Position numbers and translations under genes: made by a program
Origin: a virus
Taxonomy: Duplodnaviria; Heunggongvirae; Uroviricota; Caudoviricetes
IMG/VR virus record: IMGVR_UViG_3300042890_003920
DNA: 64,000 nt
Reading direction: 5' to 3' (one strand)
The notes under the pieces: model-generated
The model's input: the letters and a program-made list of their open reading frames with translations, nothing else
The model's database searches: none
Told to the model about the DNA's origin: nothing
Shown: positions 18,644 to 28,461 of the stretch, one piece after another
How positions within the stretch are numbered: the stretch's first letter is position 1
Layout: the number at the start of each line of letters is the position of its first letter

Positions 18644-18868
18644 TTATTCTAATTCATCAAGAAATTTTTTATAGTCAAACTTAATCTTCTCTTTTTTGAA
18701 TTGTTTAACCATATCATTGGCTATCTCTATTCTATTTTCTTTATCTTTGACTTTCTTTAGTATATCAATTATACCTGATACCATTTGGTAATAGTTATTA
18801 TTACCAAGCTCTGCTTTTATTTCAGATTTAGATTCTTTTACTTGTGAGTATGTTTTTAAATGTTTCAT
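18644..18868 (-). CDS. small protein with MKHLKTYSQ N-terminus
   Basis: ORF 74 aa; phage-type motif taatttaatatataaact upstream. Confidence 0.5.
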   Translation of the reverse strand: MKHLKTYSQVKESKSEIKAELGNNNYYQMVSGIIDILKKVKDKENRIEIANDMVKQFKKEKIKFDYKKFLDELE

Positions 18869-18878
18869 AGTTTATATA

Positions 18879-20207
18879 TTAAATTATATAAGAGGTAGGA
18901 TTTAAACTTCCGTAACTTCCATACCCTAAATCAGATATTAAGTCAACTCTATCAGTAAAATCATTATACTTTATTTTTATTAGTTTAGTTGTAGGGTTTG
19001 GTATTTTATTAGGATCTATATCCCAAGATCCTGTTGCATATGTATTAGTTGGTGCCTCACCATTAAGATAAATATATCCATCTGAAAAAATTGAATTATC
19101 ATCTGTTATTAATGTATCTATTGGAATGGATTCTTCGATAGCTAACGTATCAATATTCATTCGCACTAAACTTCTATGTGAAGTAGTAGTACCCATTATA
19201 GCATTACTTATTATTAACTTATCATTATAAACTCCCATCCAGTGTGGCAAAGGTATAAATGATGGAGTTCCTGCATTTATAGTTTGACTATAAATTTGTC
19301 TTTTTCTAATACCATCTAATCCCCATACTTCCATTCCCATTTGACTAAATCCTGAACCGCCGGCAGCATTATTAACAATAGGTATGTAAATCTCATCATT
19401 ATAAATTAAATATGAGGAAAAAGTTCTTACTCTTCTAGATGGAACTGATAAGGTTCCAGTTATTAGTAATTCACTATATGTTCCAAGTGTTAAATCCATT
19501 TTTAAAATAATACCATTGGAAGTAGTTAATGATGGCATTATATATACATAATCTTTATAAGCTATAATATCAGTTGTTTGTTTATTCAAATATTTAGCGG
19601 GTAAAGTAAGTGTGATAATATTATCAATATTACCAGAATCTATTCTAGCGACAGTAGTTGTGGCAGATCTTGATGCTAAATAAAGGTAACCTTTATAGAA
19701 ACACATACCGTGTACTAGATTTATATTAGATGTTATAAGTTTATATTCAATTTTATCAAACTGAAGAATAAGACCATTTTTTAATTTACAATTTGTTAAT
19801 TTTAAAAAGTAAGTATCTGAAGGTCCAAAATTACCACATAAATAAAAATCAGAACCATTTCTAACAATTTCATTACTGTTTCTAACATTTATACTTGGAT
19901 CCAAATAACTTTCTAAATCTATTCTACGAAAAGAATCTGTATAATATAATAGCTCACTGCTATTTACTAAAGTAGATATATAAAAGTCTTCTGGTATATC
20001 TTTAAATATACCTCCCCCTGAGTTACTACTCGCGACTGCATTATTAGCCATTTGTAAAGAGTTTTCATAAATCTTGAGTCTTCTAAGATGTTCTTCTTTT
20101 TGTTTTTGTTGAATTTCTAACGCATCTACTAAATATTTTGTTTCTTTTAAATCTCTCTCCCTCTTTTCTTCTTCAATTTTCATAAGAATCTCTTCAATTG
20201 ATTTCAT
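18879..20207 (-). CDS. hypothetical protein, N-terminal coiled coil and beta-rich body, 442 aa
   Basis: long ORF; ttttaatatatacat motif about 15 nt upstream. Confidence 0.55.
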   Translation of the reverse strand: MKSIEEILMKIEEEKRERDLKETKYLVDALEIQQKQKEEHLRRLKIYENSLQMANNAVASSNSGGGIFKDIPEDFYISTLVNSSELLYYTDSFRRIDLESYLDPSINVRNSNEIVRNGSDFYLCGNFGPSDTYFLKLTNCKLKNGLILQFDKIEYKLITSNINLVHGMCFYKGYLYLASRSATTTVARIDSGNIDNIITLTLPAKYLNKQTTDIIAYKDYVYIMPSLTTSNGIILKMDLTLGTYSELLITGTLSVPSRRVRTFSSYLIYNDEIYIPIVNNAAGGSGFSQMGMEVWGLDGIRKRQIYSQTINAGTPSFIPLPHWMGVYNDKLIISNAIMGTTTSHRSLVRMNIDTLAIEESIPIDTLITDDNSIFSDGYIYLNGEAPTNTYATGSWDIDPNKIPNPTTKLIKIKYNDFTDRVDLISDLGYGSYGSLNPTSYII

Positions 20208-20286
20208 AAATAAAAAACTTTTTATGTATATATTAAAATAAAATCAGTATAAATGATTTTAAATATCTTATTTTTATATATACTTT

Positions 20287-20901
20287 ATGAAATACTTAAA
20301 ATCATTTAATGAAGGTTCTACTACGACTGATGTAGATTATTATAAATCCGCTATACATTACTTCAATAATAATTTGAATAATGATAGAGCATTAGAATAT
20401 ATCAATAAAGCCATTGAGTTATCAGATAGAAAAAGTAATCCATACTATTTCGCTTTAAAACAAATGATTGAGGAAAAAGGACCTGAACCAAAGTTTGAAA
20501 GTAATGAGCAACAGATAGAAGCTTTAAAAGATTTATGTGATACTAATCTAGCTTATCTAAAAGATGATAATTTCATTGTAAGGGTTGTTCCTTCTAGACC
20601 TGATAGTTTCTATATATTTATTGGATCAGATGGATTTAATCCAAGTGGTGAAAGATATTATTTTAGTTGGTTATCTGTAAAGAATCATTTAATACCATTC
20701 TTTCATTACCTACTAAAAGATTTTAAGATACAAGATAATCCAAAGGGTACTAATAACAGAGGTGTATCATTTGTTAGTTATGGTACTTTTAATGATACTA
20801 ATGAGTATGTTAAGGTTGATCAAATCTTAAATGATGAGATAGAAGATGATAAACAAATAGCGGGTATATCTATTTATATTAAGTCGGAATACTTTATTTA
20901 A
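20287..20901 (+). CDS. divergent family-A protein (MKYLKSFNEG … LKDLCDTNLAYLKDD … LSVKNHLIPFF)
   Basis: family motifs with an inserted segment. Confidence 0.6.
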   Translation: MKYLKSFNEGSTTTDVDYYKSAIHYFNNNLNNDRALEYINKAIELSDRKSNPYYFALKQMIEEKGPEPKFESNEQQIEALKDLCDTNLAYLKDDNFIVRVVPSRPDSFYIFIGSDGFNPSGERYYFSWLSVKNHLIPFFHYLLKDFKIQDNPKGTNNRGVSFVSYGTFNDTNEYVKVDQILNDEIEDDKQIAGISIYIKSEYFI

Positions 20902-20938
20902 TATAATTATTTAATATATAAAAGAAAAAATAATAAAA

Positions 20939-21394
20939 ATGGAAAATATGTCAAGAAAAGAAATGTGTAATATGTTATGTAATATGGGACACGATATGCG
21001 AGATCTAGAAGTTTGTTCAAATGAAGAACTAGCACAAATGTGTAGTGGTATGAACCACGATATGGATAAAGAAATAGTGGAAAATCAATCATCCAGAATC
21101 ATTAAAAGTTTTAAAGACTTTAGAAAAACATTCGAAGAATTAAGTCCAGAGATTTATAAAAGAGCCGCTGCTGGTTTTAGAAAAAGAGATGAAAAAGATA
21201 GATCTCAACGTAAAATGTTAGGTATGTCGGATGAATATGAAGAAGACTTTCTTTTAGATAAAGAAGGTAATCTAGTTGAGGACGAAAAAGGCAATTTTAT
21301 TAGAAAGGCTGATGCTTCAGCAAAGAACTTAGAAGATCATGCCAAAGAAAGAGAAGGAAGAACCATAACTTGGGCAAATCAATCTACGAAATGA
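20939..21394 (+). CDS. hypothetical acidic protein, 151 aa
   Basis: ORF followed by terminator. Confidence 0.5.
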   Translation: MENMSRKEMCNMLCNMGHDMRDLEVCSNEELAQMCSGMNHDMDKEIVENQSSRIIKSFKDFRKTFEELSPEIYKRAAAGFRKRDEKDRSQRKMLGMSDEYEEDFLLDKEGNLVEDEKGNFIRKADASAKNLEDHAKEREGRTITWANQSTK

Positions 21395-21411
21395 CTTTAG
21401 ATAATTAGAAA

Positions 21412-21441
21412 AGAAGTGTGGTGAAAACTACACTTCTTTTA
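21412..21441 (+). terminator. rho-independent terminator
   Basis: 8-bp stem agaagtgt/acacttct followed by T-run. Confidence 0.55.
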
Positions 21442-21610
21442 TTATACCTACATAGTAACCTTTAAAGCTACTTTCTTCAATAAGGTTCTCTGTAACTAAC
21501 CTTTCTATTTGTTGTTTAGTTGATTGCATATCCTCTTTGGTGATATAAGAACTTATATAAGTTATATGGGTTGGTAGCTTTAAATGTTTTATTAGAACTT
21601 CATCTTTCAT
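21428..21610 (-). CDS. hypothetical small protein
   Basis: ORF 60 aa overlapping rpiB stop. Confidence 0.35.
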   Translation of the reverse strand: MKDEVLIKHLKLPTHITYISSYITKEDMQSTKQQIERLVTENLIEESSFKGYYVGIIKEV

Positions 21611-22038
21611 TATCTATCAATCTTAGCAATTCTATCTAAATGTCTTCCACCTTCAAATCCTGTATTGATGAATTCATCTACACATTCAAACGCAGTTTCA
21701 TCAGAGATATATCTTGCTGGTAAAGTAAGTATATTCGCATCATTATGTAATCTAGCCATATTAGCTATCTCTGCGCTCCAACAAACCGCTGATCTAACAC
21801 CAGACCATTTATTGGCGGTCATACTGATACCATTACCGGAACCACAGATTAGGATACCGAAGTCACAATTTTGATTGGTAACATCATTGGCAACTGCGTG
21901 AGCGAAGTCTGGATAGTCACATCGTTCTTCTGAGTGACAACCAAAGTCATTTACTTCGATATTTTTGGTGGTTAGATATTGTTTAACCTTTTCTTTAAGT
22001 TCGTATGCTGCGTGGTCGCAACCGATAGATATTTTCAT
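21610..22038 (-). CDS. rpiB: ribose-5-phosphate isomerase B (RpiB/LacAB family)
   Basis: MKISIGCDHAAYELKEKV…GILICGSGNGISMTANKW… typical RpiB signature, 142 aa. Confidence 0.85.
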   Translation of the reverse strand: MKISIGCDHAAYELKEKVKQYLTTKNIEVNDFGCHSEERCDYPDFAHAVANDVTNQNCDFGILICGSGNGISMTANKWSGVRSAVCWSAEIANMARLHNDANILTLPARYISDETAFECVDEFINTGFEGGRHLDRIAKIDR

Positions 22039-22068
22039 AGTGGTTTTTATTTATTATAGAATCTTATA

Positions 22069-22257
22069 TTATTCTAATTCTATTTGTTTATTTTTTCTTC
22101 TATCAGCTTTTCTTCTAGCTACTTTCGCTTTGGCTCTTGCTTTTCTAGCATTACCATAACGTTCACCTCTTTCTTCTTGCCACGTTGCTTCGCCTCGGTC
22201 GGCGTTTAAACTGATGGTGTAACCAGTTCGTGTCGATAGTTTTGATACTTTTTTCAT
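22069..22257 (-). CDS. small highly basic protein (Arg/Lys-rich C-terminus)
   Basis: ORF 62 aa. Confidence 0.4.
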   Translation of the reverse strand: MKKVSKLSTRTGYTISLNADRGEATWQEERGERYGNARKARAKAKVARRKADRRKNKQIELE

Positions 22258-22493
22258 ATTCCCAATTCTTTTAACTTGTTATCTCTTGACATTGATTTTG
22301 TGATAAACATATTTTTCTTGTAGTAAACTTTCATATCACCTAAGTCGGTTCTAATGAAAAGGTGTTTACTTTCTACACCATTATAAACAAAACCTCCAAA
22401 CTCATAAGACTTACCTTTGGTTAGTTCCTTTACTTTGCCTTGACCTGGTATATTTCGGTAGAAGTCTCTTACTGGTATTACTATATCTATCAT
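22254..22493 (-). CDS. small protein with family-B-like tail (…SRDNKLKELGI)
   Basis: C-terminal motif. Confidence 0.5.
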   Translation of the reverse strand: MIDIVIPVRDFYRNIPGQGKVKELTKGKSYEFGGFVYNGVESKHLFIRTDLGDMKVYYKKNMFITKSMSRDNKLKELGI

Positions 22494-22498
22494 ATTCT

Positions 22499-23218
22499 TT
22501 ACTTTTTAAATTCAAATTGTATTAAACCCCAATCAACTTCAAGGCCGTTTGCGGTAGATTTTATTCCTAATATATCACGAATCCCATCATAAATAATATT
22601 TTCATTGACTTTATCTAACCCAAAGAAATAAGAAAAGAAACAAAGCATCTCAGATTTATCTTTAAATACAAACGGATACTGGTTATATTGTGTTCTTATA
22701 ATCTTTTGTTGTAATAATGGAAATTCATTAAATGAATCTTCTGTAAAGAAAATTCCATTATGACCTAATGAATTATATTCATTAACAAATTCATTTAAAA
22801 AAATATCAACTGCGGTATCTTTTTTTACATCAGAGAAGATAAATGAACCATTTGCTTTCAAAACTCTCAAACATTCGTTCACAAATTTAGGAACATCATT
22901 CAAATGATGTAAACCACTTAAAGAAAGAACTAAGTCAAATGAATTATCCGAATATGAAAATTGTGTAGGATCTACAAGTTGTATATTTTCATTTGTAAAA
23001 CCTTCTGAAAAGTCTGCCGAGATAAGTTCAATATTGTTAGGAAGATATTTTTTTAAATACCCACCACCAGATGGAATATCTAAAACGTTCTTAATGTTTG
23101 AAAAATCGGTACTACCGATTAAACTTTCAAATTCATAAGAACGAACATCTGGATATTTCTGCATCGCCCAGTGATAATCATTTGCTCTTTTTTCAAAAAT
23201 CTTTTGGTAGTCGTTCAT
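22499..23218 (-). CDS. class I SAM-dependent methyltransferase
   Basis: motif I VLDIPSGGGY, 239 aa. Confidence 0.6.
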   Translation of the reverse strand: MNDYQKIFEKRANDYHWAMQKYPDVRSYEFESLIGSTDFSNIKNVLDIPSGGGYLKKYLPNNIELISADFSEGFTNENIQLVDPTQFSYSDNSFDLVLSLSGLHHLNDVPKFVNECLRVLKANGSFIFSDVKKDTAVDIFLNEFVNEYNSLGHNGIFFTEDSFNEFPLLQQKIIRTQYNQYPFVFKDKSEMLCFFSYFFGLDKVNENIIYDGIRDILGIKSTANGLEVDWGLIQFEFKK

Positions 23219-24109
23219 TTACTTATTTATAAAATTTTTCATTTTCCAAGCTTCCAATGTATTTAGAATCAATCCCGATATAGTCATTGGTCCAACACCT
23301 CCAGGTACTGGAGTTATTCTAGCTTTCTTTACAATTTCTTCATAGTCACAATCACCTACTAGTTTACCATTATCTAGTTTATTGATACCAACATCAATCA
23401 CAACTGCACCTTCTTTAATCATATCTGCTGTTACTAAATTAGGTTTACCAACTGCTACAATAACAATATCTGCTTTTAAACACTCTTCATTTAGAAGCAA
23501 CTTAGGTGTATTTATATCACACGTGGTTACTGTTGATCTTCCAATGTTAAAATCATTAGATAACATAATAGAGATAGGTTTACCAACGTGATTTGATTTC
23601 CCTATAACAACGACATGTTTTCCTTTTGTTTCAATTTGGTAATACTCTAGAAGTTTCAGAATACCATAAGCGGTGGCGGGTCTCATTGATTTTTGACCTA
23701 AACACATTTTACCAAAGTTAAGTGGATGAAAACCATCAATATCTTTGTAAGCACTTATTTCATTGATAATTGGTTCAGGTCGGATATGATTAGGTAGTGG
23801 TAGTTGAACTATGAATCCATCGTGGTGAGATTTATTTAGATTTTTGACTTCTAGTAATAAATCATACTCGGATATAGTTTCATCAAATCTAATTAGGTTG
23901 TAGTTGATGTTAGCGGATTCACAAGCTTTTAATTTGGCTTTGACATATGATTCGGATGCGGGGTTATTACCGACAAGAATGATTGCTATACTAGGTTTAG
24001 CAATTTTATATCCTAATCTGATTTTAGATTCATTTATATGTTCGTCAACTGACTCTTTAATTTGGTTGATAATTTTATCTGCTACTAGTTTGCCGTTTAA
24101 TCTATTCAT
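23219..24109 (-). CDS. folD: bifunctional methylenetetrahydrofolate dehydrogenase/methenyl-THF cyclohydrolase FolD
   Basis: PSIAIILVGNNPASESYVKAK…GFHP.N.GK…VVVIGKSNHVGKP…PVPGGVGPMT signature, 296 aa. Confidence 0.85.
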   Translation of the reverse strand: MNRLNGKLVADKIINQIKESVDEHINESKIRLGYKIAKPSIAIILVGNNPASESYVKAKLKACESANINYNLIRFDETISEYDLLLEVKNLNKSHHDGFIVQLPLPNHIRPEPIINEISAYKDIDGFHPLNFGKMCLGQKSMRPATAYGILKLLEYYQIETKGKHVVVIGKSNHVGKPISIMLSNDFNIGRSTVTTCDINTPKLLLNEECLKADIVIVAVGKPNLVTADMIKEGAVVIDVGINKLDNGKLVGDCDYEEIVKKARITPVPGGVGPMTISGLILNTLEAWKMKNFINK

Positions 24110-24338
24110 TATTTAATAGTTGATTTAATTTTTGTTCTCTTATATTTTGTATAGTCATAAAGTAGGTAATTATTTTACCACTTTCATAACCATAAAGTGA
24201 AGGCCAACCTCTCACACCACGATCATTTAGAATGTCTAGGTTAAAACCAGTTAAATCACTTATTAGTTGGTATTTCTTACCTTTAGTAAAGTTAGCAAAT
24301 CTGTGATCAACACATACTACCCAATCACCTTTTTTCAT
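24102..24338 (-). CDS. family-B small protein (tail IREQKLNQLLNNE)
   Basis: member 1 of a 9-gene head-to-tail array. Confidence 0.6.
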   Translation of the reverse strand: MKKGDWVVCVDHRFANFTKGKKYQLISDLTGFNLDILNDRGVRGWPSLYGYESGKIITYFMTIQNIREQKLNQLLNNE

Positions 24339-24562
24339 ATCAATTTATCTAATTGTTGTTCTCTCCACTGTTCTATGGTAAGAAAGTATTTTCTATCTAA
24401 AGCATATTCTGTACCTTCTTTAACAAAGAAGTATCTAGTTTTTAGAAATGGTTCAGAATCTTCTGAGTAATCATTTCTAGATTTTTCAGTTACATCAATC
24501 CATTCACCTAACTTAATACGAAGAGTTCTTAAATGAGTATTTGATACACATATTACTTTCAT
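24335..24562 (-). CDS. family-B small protein (MKVICVSNT…EQWREQQLDKLI)
   Basis: array member. Confidence 0.6.
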   Translation of the reverse strand: MKVICVSNTHLRTLRIKLGEWIDVTEKSRNDYSEDSEPFLKTRYFFVKEGTEYALDRKYFLTIEQWREQQLDKLI

Positions 24563-24906
24563 ATACCTAGTTTATTTAATTTCTTCTCTCTTGTCTTATC
24601 TATACGATTCAGAAAATCTGGTATATCAGGAACTTCGTGATATTCCCACCACTCTGAACCATCATACTCACCTCTTGTTGTCCAAGTACCGTCTTCATAC
24701 CAAATCATACCATCTAGTTCTTGGCCACCATACCCGTTATTATACTCTCTATCTATATCAGATAAAAACTGATTATATTCATCTTCGGTGTATCCGGTTG
24801 TAAGTGAGAACCTTTCATCTTCATAATCTAACTCTATATAAGCACATTTGATTACTTTACTTTTGGTGTGTCTAACAAACTCTTCTTTTGCATTTATTAT
24901 AGCCAT
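24559..24906 (-). CDS. family-B-tail protein (…TREKKLNKLGI)
   Basis: array member. Confidence 0.55.
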   Translation of the reverse strand: MAIINAKEEFVRHTKSKVIKCAYIELDYEDERFSLTTGYTEDEYNQFLSDIDREYNNGYGGQELDGMIWYEDGTWTTRGEYDGSEWWEYHEVPDIPDFLNRIDKTREKKLNKLGI

Positions 24907-24907
24907 A

Positions 24908-25153
24908 TTATATTCCCAGTTTTTCTAATTGGTTATTTCTCCATTTTTGTTTGTAATCTTCTGCCTTGACAAAATATCCAGGTGGTATCCATCTTTGTTC
25001 TTCCTCAACCCAATTTGAGAAAGTTTCCCAATTATCTATATCAGTTTGCATTACTAATCCAGATAATGTATATTCTTTACCTATTACTAGTAATGGTTCG
25101 CTTCTTTTATAATTATTTATTACGATAGTATTTGATACACATATTACTTTCAT
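24908..25153 (-). CDS. family-B small protein (MKVICVSNT…KWRNNQLEKLGI)
   Basis: array member. Confidence 0.6.
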   Translation of the reverse strand: MKVICVSNTIVINNYKRSEPLLVIGKEYTLSGLVMQTDIDNWETFSNWVEEEQRWIPPGYFVKAEDYKQKWRNNQLEKLGI

Positions 25154-25377
25154 ATACCTAGTTTATCTAATTTATCTTGTCTATCTTGTTGAATATCTGC
25201 TTCAATAAATTCACCTGTGTGGTTTATAAAGATGTTACACGTATTCGAGAAACCTTTATCACAATTGTGTTTAACCCCATAGAAGTTTTTACCAATATGA
25301 AATACAACACCTTTTACGTTATAGATTTCGGATATCCTTTTGGTTATGATTACGTTATCTCCTATTTTAAAATTCAT
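25150..25377 (-). CDS. family-B-tail protein (…DRQDKLDKLGI)
   Basis: array member. Confidence 0.55.
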   Translation of the reverse strand: MNFKIGDNVIITKRISEIYNVKGVVFHIGKNFYGVKHNCDKGFSNTCNIFINHTGEFIEADIQQDRQDKLDKLGI

Positions 25378-25615
25378 CTAATAGTTCTTCTAATTGTTTA
25401 TTTCTCCATTCTGGTAAAGATATGAAATCTTGTTGTAATACAGTAACCGCATAATTTTTACCATCAATAAAATCTATTACAATATTTATCTTATCTCCGC
25501 TCAGTTGATAATAAACAGGTTGTAATCGTGCTACTTCAAATTGGTCACCTATATTGAAATAATAATCTAAATGGTTGAATGAATACAAACATTCTTTAAT
25601 ACATACTACTTTCAT
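25367..25615 (-). CDS. family-B small protein (MKVVCIKE…EWRNKQLEELL)
   Basis: array member. Confidence 0.6.
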   Translation of the reverse strand: MKVVCIKECLYSFNHLDYYFNIGDQFEVARLQPVYYQLSGDKINIVIDFIDGKNYAVTVLQQDFISLPEWRNKQLEELLDEF

Positions 25616-25970
25616 CTAATATACTATTTAATTTATTATCTCTTAGTATTTGTGTAAAGTTTACAAAAGTATAATCATCCCAATCACCATAGACATCATA
25701 GTCCCTATTAGACCTAGAATATAGTTGGTATTCAAATCTTACACCAAATTCCATACTTATTATTCTTTTCCTTACTAAAATGATAGAACTATGTTTCGTG
25801 GATAGAAATTGAGTATATTTTTCAAACATATCTTCTTCTTCACTTTCTTTCCAATCCATCTTCTGATAAGTAATGCCTTCTTGTTTACTTATCTCGATAA
25901 ATTGTTTTATATGTTCGAATGTATCACATATAAATGCGGTATTACCGTTTTCTATTATTTCTTTAATCAT
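25596..25970 (-). CDS. family-B-tail protein (…LRDNKLNSILDES)
   Basis: array member. Confidence 0.55.
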   Translation of the reverse strand: MIKEIIENGNTAFICDTFEHIKQFIEISKQEGITYQKMDWKESEEEDMFEKYTQFLSTKHSSIILVRKRIISMEFGVRFEYQLYSRSNRDYDVYGDWDDYTFVNFTQILRDNKLNSILDESSMY

Positions 25971-26181
25971 TTAAAATCTGATTTATTTTATTATCTCTTA
26001 ATTGTTGAATTGTAATAAAGCTTTCTTTCCGAAACTGACTTTGTATATTATTATCTGCAATAAGTAAATATCCATGTTCATTGATGGATTCCACCTCATA
26101 TATTTCACCTACTGTTAGAAATCTATAGTGTATAGTATTCGGATTTTCATTTGCCGCAGTTGATATACATTTAACTTTCAT
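25963..26181 (-). CDS. family-B small protein (MKVKCIST…LRDNKINQILND)
   Basis: array member. Confidence 0.6.
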   Translation of the reverse strand: MKVKCISTAANENPNTIHYRFLTVGEIYEVESINEHGYLLIADNNIQSQFRKESFITIQQLRDNKINQILND

Positions 26182-26392
26182 TTAAAATCTGATTTATTTT
26201 ATTCTCTCTTACCTCTGCGGTCGCATCTTCGAACCATGTATGAATATCATATGTACATTCAAAATCTGCATCATTTGTTAGTATGATATAGGTAAGATTA
26301 CTCCAATCTGATGTCCAGTAACGTTTGACCTCATATACTTTTTGATACGTTAGATTGACTGCCAATGGATTCACACACTTAACCCAGTTCAT
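26171..26392 (-). CDS. family-B small protein (MNWVKCVN…VRENKINQILNES)
   Basis: array member. Confidence 0.6.
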   Translation of the reverse strand: MNWVKCVNPLAVNLTYQKVYEVKRYWTSDWSNLTYIILTNDADFECTYDIHTWFEDATAEVRENKINQILNES

Positions 26393-26616
26393 TACAATCG
26401 TCTTAGTTCAAAGATTTCATCTTCAAAGGTTTTATCTAAATAATCTTGGGCTTCTTGCTCTGAGTCGTCTTCTAATGATAAACCTAATAGTTCAATTTGT
26501 TTTGGTTCATTATCAATGATTTCGTATATGGTAACAAGTTTGCTACCGGTACATTCTAGTACATCGTCTCCGTAATCTTCTACGGCGATGTCTACTACAT
26601 AGTAAAATTTTCTCAT
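26392..26616 (-). CDS. small acidic protein
   Basis: ORF 74 aa. Confidence 0.45.
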   Translation of the reverse strand: MRKFYYVVDIAVEDYGDDVLECTGSKLVTIYEIIDNEPKQIELLGLSLEDDSEQEAQDYLDKTFEDEIFELRRL

Positions 26617-26617
26617 A

Positions 26618-26890
26618 TTAGTTTTCTTCTGTTTGTTCTACTTCTTCTACATAAACATCGATTTCATCACCATCATCACCTTGATAGTCTAATTCATACT
26701 TATATGAATCTTTGACGTAGGTTCCTGGGAAATGTTCTGATTCTGGACTGAATCTAGCTAATCTAGACCAATCTTCTGTTGCTTCATAGATTTCTTCTTC
26801 TAAGTCTTCTAATGCCAAGTCTGATTCGATTTCTAGTTCAACTCTAACCTGTGCGGTTACATACTGGTTTAAATAAATTTTGTACTTCAT
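26618..26890 (-). CDS. small very acidic protein
   Basis: ORF 90 aa. Confidence 0.45.
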   Translation of the reverse strand: MKYKIYLNQYVTAQVRVELEIESDLALEDLEEEIYEATEDWSRLARFSPESEHFPGTYVKDSYKYELDYQGDDGDEIDVYVEEVEQTEEN

Positions 26891-26891
26891 A

Positions 26892-27164
26892 TTATTGTTT
26901 TAGTGTTATTTTTCGTATATCTGGTTTAACAAAACATAAGTCAATACCTTTATTTTGAATTATTTGTTTTAATTGATCTTCATTCCAATGATTAAGTTGA
27001 ATAGAAGGTGCTGCAATGTTATGTATCGGTGTTAAAACACTGACATCACCTTCGTCTTCACCTACTGGTGTAAAGAATATATAATCATTTTCTGATACGT
27101 CAAATTGTTCCATTACTAGATTCAATTTATCAATCAGTTGTTTTATTGTTAAAGGTTGTATCAT
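26892..27164 (-). CDS. hypothetical protein
   Basis: ORF 90 aa. Confidence 0.45.
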   Translation of the reverse strand: MIQPLTIKQLIDKLNLVMEQFDVSENDYIFFTPVGEDEGDVSVLTPIHNIAAPSIQLNHWNEDQLKQIIQNKGIDLCFVKPDIRKITLKQ

Positions 27165-27180
27165 AATTTATTTGTTTTAA

Positions 27181-27360
27181 AAATCCTCACTGATTGAATC
27201 TAATCTAGATGTCGTATTTACTTTATCCACCTTTTGATTGATAGATTCACATGCAGTTAGATATCCTTTAATTTCTTCTTCTGACCAACCTTCAAATGAT
27301 TGTTCTTTTAAAGTTTTGATATATCGTTTTATCTCTTCAAAATAATAGTTGTTCATATTT
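27181..27360 (-). CDS. hypothetical small protein (MNNYYFEEIKRYIK…, 59 aa; below ORF-track cutoff)
   Basis: uninterrupted ORF filling an otherwise empty gap in the minus-strand operon. Confidence 0.4.
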
Positions 27361-27362
27361 TT

Positions 27363-27788
27363 TTATAATTGAATTGGTAATAAGTGTTCTGGTAAGTATT
27401 GTTCTGGACAAACGATTGTATAACTATCTATATTGTATTCATACTTTAATAGGTAGTTTATATCTTCCGCCTTCTTATCATGATAATTGATTATCACATA
27501 AGGAATCTTAACTTTATTATCAAGTTTGATACGTATCTTCTGAAAGTCCATTTGTAAGTATCTATATTCTCCATCAACGGCTCCCATCGCTTTGACATCA
27601 GTAGTGGTATAAGTACCAGAACTAGCGGATCCTGCAATCAAAAAGAATGATGCTGATGAATAGGTTTCCTTTGTCTCACTTTTGACAAGTTGACGTAAAG
27701 GAATTTTTTTTGTATGTCTATCTGTATAAGGTTGACCACACGAAGTTAAAAGCACTATGGCTACAAGTAAAAGGATTAGTTTTTTCAT
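27363..27788 (-). CDS. lipoprotein (MKKLILLLVAIVLLTSCGQ)
   Basis: lipoprotein signal peptide. Confidence 0.55.
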   Translation of the reverse strand: MKKLILLLVAIVLLTSCGQPYTDRHTKKIPLRQLVKSETKETYSSASFFLIAGSASSGTYTTTDVKAMGAVDGEYRYLQMDFQKIRIKLDNKVKIPYVIINYHDKKAEDINYLLKYEYNIDSYTIVCPEQYLPEHLLPIQL

Positions 27789-27799
27789 ATTTATTTTAT

Positions 27800-28093
27800 T
27801 TATTTAAGTTGAATCATTGCTATACCTCTGGAGTCATTATACAGAAGTATTTCCTTACCATCTTGTAAGGTTACTTTGTACAATCCAATACTACGACCAT
27901 TGGTATGTAATTCACCAGTGATGTATTCGATACTTTTAGCTTTATGATTTTTTGTGGTTACTTCTATAGGTTCAGTTGGTTTATCTGGTGCGAATAGATC
28001 ACAAGATGTTGCGGTGATAGCAAGTAATAATAAGATTATTTTTTTCATATTTAGTAATTTATTTAATTTTTTATTTAATTTAATTCCCAACAT
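27800..28093 (-). CDS. lipoprotein (…LLLLAITATSCD)
   Basis: signal peptide with lipobox. Confidence 0.5.
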   Translation of the reverse strand: MLGIKLNKKLNKLLNMKKIILLLLAITATSCDLFAPDKPTEPIEVTTKNHKAKSIEYITGELHTNGRSIGLYKVTLQDGKEILLYNDSRGIAMIQLK

Positions 28094-28461
28094 AAGTCAG
28101 ATAAAAGTTTATCTCTTTCATCTATCGACTGTATGATTTCTAGTTTATGTTGTTCTGATTTTTCACCATTATCTTTCCAACAAGTTTCTTGGTCGAAATC
28201 ATTTAATGTAGCTGATCTAACTAACTCGTTATAATCTTCATCACGTAGATAACCTTTTAGTGGCATTAAACGACCTACACATGTATTCCATGTTAGTTTT
28301 CTACCATCATAGGTGATCCAATACAAATCGTGTTCGTCTTCACCTATCGCTACTAATCTTTCGATTTTATGGCTTTGAGTGATTACGAACTGGCCTTTTA
28401 GTGATTCAAACTCTTGTTTTACTCTTTCTTCTGGTGTCATATTATATTTTTTCGTGTTCAA
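28075..28461 (-). CDS. hypothetical protein
   Basis: ORF 128 aa. Confidence 0.5.
   Translation of the reverse strand: MNTKKYNMTPEERVKQEFESLKGQFVITQSHKIERLVAIGEDEHDLYWITYDGRKLTWNTCVGRLMPLKGYLRDEDYNELVRSATLNDFDQETCWKDNGEKSEQHKLEIIQSIDERDKLLSDLCWELN

Noticed and set aside
22069-22257. Considered ribosomal protein S21, which some Bacteroidota phages encode
   Set aside because: Its sequence lacks the conserved S21 core. Only its size and basicity are similar.
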